Below, piece after piece: positions 26,217-32,000 of a DNA stretch of 32,000 bases (position 1 is the stretch's first letter; each line of letters begins with the position of its first letter). The stretch covers positions 58,058-90,057 of the forward strand of contig NZ_JBDVXF010000030.1 of NCBI RefSeq assembly GCF_039964565.1. The letters are read 5' to 3'. The translations under genes and the position numbers were made by a program. Source of the stretch: Paraglaciecola sp. (GTDB lineage Bacteria; Pseudomonadota; Gammaproteobacteria; Enterobacterales; Alteromonadaceae). The notes beneath the pieces were generated by a model, which was given only the letters and a program-made list of their open reading frames with translations, was not told the DNA's origin and did no database searches.

Positions 26217-27140
26217 ATGTCTGAAATTATGAACTCAGTAAATCAACGTACTCAGTTGGTTGGTGAAAACAGATTAGAGTTATTGTTGTTTAAACTTAAT
26301 TCAAGACAACGTTTTGGTATAAACGTATTTAAAGTGCGTGAAGTTTTGCAGTGCCCACCGTTAACTTCGATGCCCAAGTTAAATAAGTTGGTCAGAGGAA
26401 TTGCGCATATTCGTGGTCAGACTATTTCTGTGATTGACATGAGCTTGGCAACAGGTGGTAAAAAGATTGAAGACTTGAGCACCGCCTTTATTATTATTGC
26501 TGAGTACAATAGTTCAGTTCAAGGATTTTTGGTGGGTTCAGTTGAGCGCATCATTAATACTAACTGGCAGTCTATTATGCCCCCCCCAAAGGGCAGCGGC
26601 CGAGCCAGTTATCTAACCGCTGTAACGCAGATGGAAGACGAACTCATCGAGATTTTGGATGTTGAGAAAATTCTCAATGAAATTTCTCCTGTCAATACTG
26701 ATCTAAGTGATGATTTAGCCAGTAACTTGCAGGTCGAAAATAAGCAAGAAAAGATCATCTTTATTGCTGACGACTCCTCTGTGGCGCGAAACCAAATTAA
26801 GAAAGCGTTATCGGCGCTGGAATTAAATATTGAATTAGCAAAAAATGGTCTCGAAGCATTAGAAAGACTAAAAGAAATTGCCGCAGAAACAGGGGAAATA
26901 ACAGATAGGGTCGGAGTGCTGATATCAGATATCGAAATGCCAGAAATGGATGGTTATACCCTTACTGCTGAAATTCGAAATACTCCGGAGTTAAAAAACT
27001 TGCATGTTATTCTGCATACATCTCTAAGTGGTGTGTTTAACCAGGCCATGGTTGAGAAAGTGGGTGCGGATGACTTTATTGCTAAGTTTCACCCTGATGA
27101 GTTAGCGACTTCAGTTAAAAAATGGTTTGGAAACGACTAA
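26217..27140 (+). CDS. cheV: Chemotaxis coupling protein CheV (CheW-like domain plus receiver domain)
   Basis: I place the start at the ATG at 26217, preceded by SD ggag, rather than the track start at 26133. CheW-like N-terminal half (LLLFKL...FGINVFKVREV) and REC half (IFIADDSSVARNQI...ISDIEMPEMDG). Confidence 0.9.
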   Translation: MSEIMNSVNQRTQLVGENRLELLLFKLNSRQRFGINVFKVREVLQCPPLTSMPKLNKLVRGIAHIRGQTISVIDMSLATGGKKIEDLSTAFIIIAEYNSSVQGFLVGSVERIINTNWQSIMPPPKGSGRASYLTAVTQMEDELIEILDVEKILNEISPVNTDLSDDLASNLQVENKQEKIIFIADDSSVARNQIKKALSALELNIELAKNGLEALERLKEIAAETGEITDRVGVLISDIEMPEMDGYTLTAEIRNTPELKNLHVILHTSLSGVFNQAMVEKVGADDFIAKFHPDELATSVKKWFGND

Positions 27141-27219
27141 TAGATATTACGCAAGTTGTTATTAAAGTGAGTTGCAAGGGATGTAGTGAATTTGAATTTA
27201 TGCTGTTAGAGAGTATTGA

Positions 27220-28053
27220 GTGAGCGATATAGAATTTGATCAGCAGCATTATATTTCTTTTAGAGATTTCTTGGAACGAGCATGCGGTATTGTTTTAGGC
27301 GAGAATAAGCAATATTTAGTGCGCAGTAGATTAACACCTTTAGTTAAGCAATTTAGCTGTAGCACTATTAATGCGTTAATTGATTCAGTGCTTAAAGGCA
27401 ATCGCCAACTTCAAACCGCTGCGATTGAAGCCATGACAACTAACGAAACGTTGTGGTTTCGTGATGAATACCCATTTAAATTGCTTGAAAATCCTCTATT
27501 GAGTTTATTTTCCGCACAAAATAGAAGGCTTAGGGTGTGGAGTGCTGCCTGTTCGTCAGGTCAAGAAGCGTATTCTATTGCCATGACTATCTTAAATTTT
27601 AAGAAAAACCATACCAATAGTTTTCGCGCTGGTATTGACATTATTGGGACTGATATTTCTGATGAAATGTTGCAACGATGTCGAACCGCCGAATACGACC
27701 CACTGGCGATTTCTCGTGGTTTACCGGCAAAGTTTAAAACCGACTTTTTTGACCCTGCAGATAACAATAAGTTGAAATTGAAACGCTCGATCACAGACTT
27801 AACCCAGTTTAAGTCTTTCAACTTGCTAGACAGCTACACTTCTCTTGGAAAGTTTGACATCATTTTTTGCCGCAACGTACTGATCTATTTTTCTGCTGAT
27901 GTGAAAAAACAAATACTGCAAAAGATTGCCGCCTGCCTGCAAGACGACGGCATATTATTCCTCGGCGCCTCTGAATCTCTCTCTGGTTTAACCGATAAAT
28001 TTAATATGGTGAGATGTAGCCCTGGCCTTTATTACGTTAAAAAACCTATATAA
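27220..28053 (+). CDS. cheR: Chemotaxis protein methyltransferase CheR
   Basis: GTG start. N-terminal CheR helical domain, SAM-binding RVWSAACSSGQEAYSIAM, and FCRNVLIYF. Confidence 0.9.
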   Translation: MSDIEFDQQHYISFRDFLERACGIVLGENKQYLVRSRLTPLVKQFSCSTINALIDSVLKGNRQLQTAAIEAMTTNETLWFRDEYPFKLLENPLLSLFSAQNRRLRVWSAACSSGQEAYSIAMTILNFKKNHTNSFRAGIDIIGTDISDEMLQRCRTAEYDPLAISRGLPAKFKTDFFDPADNNKLKLKRSITDLTQFKSFNLLDSYTSLGKFDIIFCRNVLIYFSADVKKQILQKIAACLQDDGILFLGASESLSGLTDKFNMVRCSPGLYYVKKPI

Positions 28054-28094
28054 AACCTTACCTTAGTTAGATTTCTATCATTAATTTTATCTAG

Positions 28095-28110
28095 TGGCAC
28101 AGCCTTTGCT
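28095..28110 (+). promoter_or_regulatory. Sigma54 promoter of flgBCDE
   Basis: TGGCAC-agcct-TTGCT is an exact match to TGGCAC-N5-TTGC(A/T). The -12 element lies about 29 nt upstream of the flgB ATG. Confidence 0.75.
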
Positions 28111-28137
28111 CTATTTCGTTCAATAGAGGAGAAATAC

Positions 28138-28539
28138 ATGGCTATTAACCTAGACAAATTGATGGGTTTTCATCATCAGGCACTACAAATTCGTACCGAA
28201 CGTATGGAAGTACTAGCGGGAAACTTAGCCAATGCTAATACCCCTGGTTACAAAGCTAGAGATATTGACTTTCAAAAGGCGATGAAAAGTGCCCAGCAAT
28301 CTAGGGGCCACACGCTAACTCGCACCAATGAGAATCACATAAAGGGGACATCCTTTGGTACTGGTGATTTGCAATTCCGTGTTTCAACTCAACCCGATAC
28401 TGGCGATGGCAACACTGTCGATGTACAACTTGAAAGAAATACTTTTTTAGATAATGGATTACGTTATCAAGCAGGCATGGAATTTCTTAACGGCAAAATT
28501 AAGAGTATGAAAAAGGCCCTAAGTGGAGGTCAACAATAA
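28138..28539 (+). CDS. flgB: Flagellar basal-body rod protein FlgB
   Basis: ANLANANTPGYKARD N-terminal rod motif. 133 aa. First gene of the rod operon. Confidence 0.95.
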   Translation: MAINLDKLMGFHHQALQIRTERMEVLAGNLANANTPGYKARDIDFQKAMKSAQQSRGHTLTRTNENHIKGTSFGTGDLQFRVSTQPDTGDGNTVDVQLERNTFLDNGLRYQAGMEFLNGKIKSMKKALSGGQQ

Positions 28540-28961
28540 TGAGTTTGTTTAACGTAATGGACATTGCTAGTACAGGTATGAGTGCACAAAGTGTGCGTTT
28601 GAATACTACCGCTAGTAACGTTGCCAATGCCAATAGCGTCAGTAGTAGTTATGACCAAACTTATAAAGCCCGCCATGCAGTTTTTGCTGCAGAATTGGAT
28701 CAAGCTTCAGGGCAAAGTAACCCTGGTTCGAGAGTTCAGGTGCTGGGCGTGGTTGAAAGCTCAAAACCATTGCAAATTGAATATAGCCCAGGTCACCCTA
28801 TGTCTGATGAAAACGGTTATATCTACAAACCTAATGTCAATGTGGTCGAAGAAATGGCGGATATGATGTCTGCTTCAAAAGCCTATGAGACTAACGTTCA
28901 AGTCGCAGATACAACCAAGCGAATTTTCCGCAGCGTGTTAAGACTTGGTCAGGGGTCATAA
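28539..28961 (+). CDS. flgC: Flagellar basal-body rod protein FlgC
   Basis: SNVANANS motif and C-terminal VNVVEEMADMMSASKAYETN. The TAATG junction overlaps the flgB stop. Confidence 0.95.
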   Translation: MSLFNVMDIASTGMSAQSVRLNTTASNVANANSVSSSYDQTYKARHAVFAAELDQASGQSNPGSRVQVLGVVESSKPLQIEYSPGHPMSDENGYIYKPNVNVVEEMADMMSASKAYETNVQVADTTKRIFRSVLRLGQGS

Positions 28962-29009
28962 CATGAACTTTATCGTACTTCGCAGTATACAAACGTCAGG
29001 AGAAAAATC

Positions 29010-29693
29010 GTGGATACAGTGAATAATGGGTTAAATAGCTCACTTTATTGGCAGCCTGAAACGACTGAAGTTGCGGATAATAGTAATCAGACCCTTTCGC
29101 AAGAAGATTTCTTTTCGTTATTGACCGAGCAGCTAGCAAATCAAGATCCAACCAAACCAGTAGACAACGATCAAATGGTTGCCCAAATGACCAGCTTTAC
29201 TATGGCTGACGGTATTCAGCAACTCAATACTCAGTTTGGTGACTTTGCTACTTCAATGACCTCAAACCAAGCATTGCAGGCTTCAAGCTTGATTGGTCAG
29301 CAGGTATTACTTCAAGGTGATATTGGCTACGTCTCATCCGAAGGGCAAGGTGTATCTGGAGTGGTGATTGCAGAGCAAAGTGTACGAGACTTAGAAATCA
29401 CTATTGAAAATGAAATAGGTGAAGTGGTTAAAAGCATTAACGCTGGTACGCAAGCAGCCGGCAATGTCGAATTTAACTGGGATGGAACCGACGCTAGTGG
29501 CAACCCGTTGCCAGTTGGCAATTATGTAGTGCGAGCACAAGGCGATGTCGACGGTGAATCAGTCGTACTTCCCACAGCAATTAATAGGCATGTAGACAGC
29601 GTCAGTCTGGCTGCAAGTAGTCAAGGTATCATTCTAAACTTGGATGGCGAAGTCAGTGTCACACTTGATGATGTTATTCAAATCGGCGGTTAA
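29010..29693 (+). CDS. flgD: Flagellar hook capping/assembly protein FlgD
   Basis: GTG start with SD aggag. LTEQLANQDPTKPVDNDQMVAQMTSF N-terminal FlgD motif, and a FlgD Ig-like C-terminal half (FNWDGTDASGNPLPVGNY). Confidence 0.9.
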   Translation: MDTVNNGLNSSLYWQPETTEVADNSNQTLSQEDFFSLLTEQLANQDPTKPVDNDQMVAQMTSFTMADGIQQLNTQFGDFATSMTSNQALQASSLIGQQVLLQGDIGYVSSEGQGVSGVVIAEQSVRDLEITIENEIGEVVKSINAGTQAAGNVEFNWDGTDASGNPLPVGNYVVRAQGDVDGESVVLPTAINRHVDSVSLAASSQGIILNLDGEVSVTLDDVIQIGG

Positions 29694-29708
29694 CAGGAGA
29701 AATTAATT

Positions 29709-31103
29709 ATGTCTTTTAACATAGCATTAAGTGGCGTATCGGCGGCACAAAAAGACTTAGATACAACGGCGAATAACATCGCTAACGTTAACACAGTCGG
29801 CTTTAAAGAGTCGCGAGCAGAGTTTGGTGACGTATATGCCCAATCTTTGTTAGCCGGCGGCAAAACTAAAGTGGGTGACGGTGTACTCACGCAAGAAGTG
29901 GCACAACAGTTTTCGCAGGGTAGTTTGCAGTTTACAAACAATGCTTTGGATTTAGCGATAACTGGTAATGGCTTTTTCGGCACTATTCCCGAAATTGATT
30001 CACGGGACTTTTCATTCACGCGAGCCGGTCAATTTAAGTTGGACTCTGATAACTTTGTAGTGAACTCTGCCGGTGACAATTTGTTAGGCTTTCCGGTCAA
30101 TGCTGACGGCAGCTCTTCATCTGTTGCCTTAAGTACCACTGTACCTGTGCGTATTCCCGATTCATCAGGTGCACCTCAAGAAACCACTGAAGTGGCACTA
30201 AAAATGAATTTGCCAGCCGGCGCAGATCCGGTTGATTTGGACTTGTTTAATCCTGACGATCCTCTTACATACAATGCTGCCACCTCAGTTACGGTATTCG
30301 ATACCTTGGGTGATAGCCATGTAATGACTTATTACTTTATGAAAGATGCGTCCGCAAGTGGCAATGAGTGGGTCGGGGTAACTTATTTGGATGATTTTCC
30401 ATTGGATACTGAAGGGGACACTCCTGGAGTAGGCGCAGCAGGTGGTACTGGAGCAAACGTCGTTGGTGAGACATCTTTGGGAGCTGGTAATGGGGTCTCT
30501 GGATATCGAATGATCTTCAGTAATGGTGGTGATTTTCAAGCCACTCAAAATGCTGATGGTACGTCGATTCTAACAGGCGATTTACAATCTGTACCTATCG
30601 GTGCAACTATATTTGCTAATGGCTCAGATCCTACTCAAACGATTACGACTAATTTTACGTTAGACTCGGCAAATGCTACCGCTAACGAACCCACACAGTT
30701 TGCTTCTGCTTTTGAGGTGACCTCACTAGAGCAAGATGGTTTACCGGTAGGTAGGCTGACAGGTATTGAGATTGGTCCTGATGGTTTAGTACGAGCTACA
30801 TACTCTAACGGTACTTCAGAGCCGATAGTACGAGTGGCGCTGATTCGTTTTGCTAATGATCAAGGGTTAACCCAACAAAGTGGTACCCAGTGGCAAGAAA
30901 GTATTTTATCGGGCGAAGCACTTGCTGGTGAAGCGACGACAGGTACTTTTGGTGAGATTAACTCGTCAGCTTTAGAGCAAGCGAACGTTAACTTAACCAC
31001 TGAACTTATCGATATGATCATCGCACAACGAAACTTCCAAGCTAACTCAAGAGCGTTGGAAGTGAATAACCAACTTAATCAAACAGTACTGAATATTCGT
31101 TAA
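29709..31103 (+). CDS. flgE: Flagellar hook protein FlgE
   Basis: MSFNIALSGVSAAQKDLDTTANNIANVNTVGFK N-terminus and C-terminal SALEQANVNLTTELIDMIIAQRNFQANSR. 464 aa. Confidence 0.95.
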   Translation: MSFNIALSGVSAAQKDLDTTANNIANVNTVGFKESRAEFGDVYAQSLLAGGKTKVGDGVLTQEVAQQFSQGSLQFTNNALDLAITGNGFFGTIPEIDSRDFSFTRAGQFKLDSDNFVVNSAGDNLLGFPVNADGSSSSVALSTTVPVRIPDSSGAPQETTEVALKMNLPAGADPVDLDLFNPDDPLTYNAATSVTVFDTLGDSHVMTYYFMKDASASGNEWVGVTYLDDFPLDTEGDTPGVGAAGGTGANVVGETSLGAGNGVSGYRMIFSNGGDFQATQNADGTSILTGDLQSVPIGATIFANGSDPTQTITTNFTLDSANATANEPTQFASAFEVTSLEQDGLPVGRLTGIEIGPDGLVRATYSNGTSEPIVRVALIRFANDQGLTQQSGTQWQESILSGEALAGEATTGTFGEINSSALEQANVNLTTELIDMIIAQRNFQANSRALEVNNQLNQTVLNIR

Positions 31104-31130
31104 TAACTAACTGATATTTAAAGTTTTATT

Positions 31131-31157
31131 AGGCTGCTTTCGAGCAGCCTTTTTTTA
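31131..31157 (+). terminator. Rho-independent terminator after flgE
   Basis: aggctgct-ttcg-agcagcct followed by ttttttt. Confidence 0.85.
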
Positions 31158-31189
31158 TGCCCTTTTGTTCCTGCAAAATTTAATGTAGA

Positions 31190-31205
31190 TGGCATCTTAC
31201 TTGCA
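31190..31205 (+). promoter_or_regulatory. Sigma54 promoter of flgF (start of the flgFGHIJ-type operon)
   Basis: TGGCAT-cttac-TTGCA fits TGGCAC-N5-TTGCA with one mismatch. It lies about 40 nt upstream of the flgF ATG. Confidence 0.65.
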
Positions 31206-31244
31206 GTCATTTGAATCAAGATCCAACAAAGTCAATTTTCTGTC

Positions 31245-31988
31245 ATGGATAAACTACTATACATCGCCACCAGTGGCGCCAAGCAAGACTTACTCGGTGC
31301 TTCGGTGCGGGCAAATAACCTAGCCAACGCGCAAACCACAGGGTTTAGAGCGCAGCTTGAACAAGCGCGAGCCATGCCAGCTTTCGGCGAAGGTTTGCCT
31401 ACTCGAGTGTTTTCTATGACAGAAAATGCCGTCAATAACTTCGAAGGCGGCCCGCAGATCCAAACAGGCCGAGAACTAGACTTAGCGATTCAAGGTGATG
31501 GTTGGTTTACGGTACAAGATGCACAAGGCAACGAAGCATACAGTCGTAACGGAAGTTTTGAGTTAGGTCCGAATGGGGAACTCAAAGATTCTCACGGTAA
31601 TACAGTGGTTGGCGATTTTGGGCCAGTATTTCTACCTATTCCTTTATCAAATATTAATATCGCTAACGACGGCACACTTTCAGTCAGGCCTCAAGGCGCA
31701 CCTGAAACCGTGTTGGAAGAAGTGGGCAGACTTAAGCTCGTCAATCCAAACGTTCGTGATATGGAGCGCGGAACTGACGGACTCTTTCGCTTAAAAAGCG
31801 GAGAGCAAGCTCAAGAAGACTTAGTGGTTAGCGTTCGCACCGGTGTGCTTGAGGGCAGTAATGTTAATCCGGTAGAAGAAATGGTCAATATGATCAATTT
31901 ACAGCGTCATTATGAAATGCAAGTCAAGATGATGAAACAAGCTCAAGAAATCGATACCCGCGGCAATGCGTTATTGCGCATTATCTAA
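31245..31988 (+). CDS. flgF: Flagellar basal-body rod protein FlgF
   Basis: MDKLLYIATSGAKQ...ANNLANAQTTGFR N-terminus and C-terminal GVLEGSNVNPVEEMVNMINLQRHYE. 247 aa. Confidence 0.92.
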   Translation: MDKLLYIATSGAKQDLLGASVRANNLANAQTTGFRAQLEQARAMPAFGEGLPTRVFSMTENAVNNFEGGPQIQTGRELDLAIQGDGWFTVQDAQGNEAYSRNGSFELGPNGELKDSHGNTVVGDFGPVFLPIPLSNINIANDGTLSVRPQGAPETVLEEVGRLKLVNPNVRDMERGTDGLFRLKSGEQAQEDLVVSVRTGVLEGSNVNPVEEMVNMINLQRHYEMQVKMMKQAQEIDTRGNALLRII

Positions 31989-32000
31989 GAACGCTTTTAG

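Overview
This is a core chromosomal segment of an AT-rich marine gammaproteobacterium; gene content and order resemble Vibrionales/Alteromonadales. Left to right: the 3' end of purL, a small unannotated membrane-peptide ORF, smrA, a lipoprotein M1 aminopeptidase, an orphan bfd with a Fur-box-like palindrome, a 2-Cys peroxiredoxin, rnt and motY. Next come a TetR-linked dienoyl-CoA isomerase/fadH operon, a secreted M16 peptidase, and a minus-strand cluster of DUF62 enzyme, VF530 protein and OYE flavin reductase. These are followed by sodB, grxD, a structured REP-like intergenic element, a coiled-coil membrane protein, a lipoprotein metallophosphoesterase, an orphan M50 protease and tRNA-Arg(CCU). 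The window ends with the start of the polar flagellar region (flgT | flgP | flgN-flgM-flgA | cheV-cheR-flgBCDE | flgF), which carries recognisable sigma54 and sigma28 promoter motifs. I see no CRISPR array, integrase or transposase, toxin-antitoxin pair or recognisable defence system, and no convincing novel multi-gene system. The best leads are: (1) a DUF62 SAM-cleaving/halogenase-family enzyme that appears to carry a Sec signal peptide and is clustered with VF530 and an OYE reductase; (2) a eukaryote-type (ECH1-like) dienoyl-CoA isomerase paired with fadH behind a duplicated palindromic operator; (3) exact Vibrio flagellar synteny with flgO missing; (4) a 196-bp structured insert downstream of grxD, bracketed by two near-identical terminator hairpins; (5) homopolymer tracts (C8 inside cheV, G8 upstream of the M50 protease). 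All family calls come from by-eye motif recognition in the supplied translations; no database search was run.
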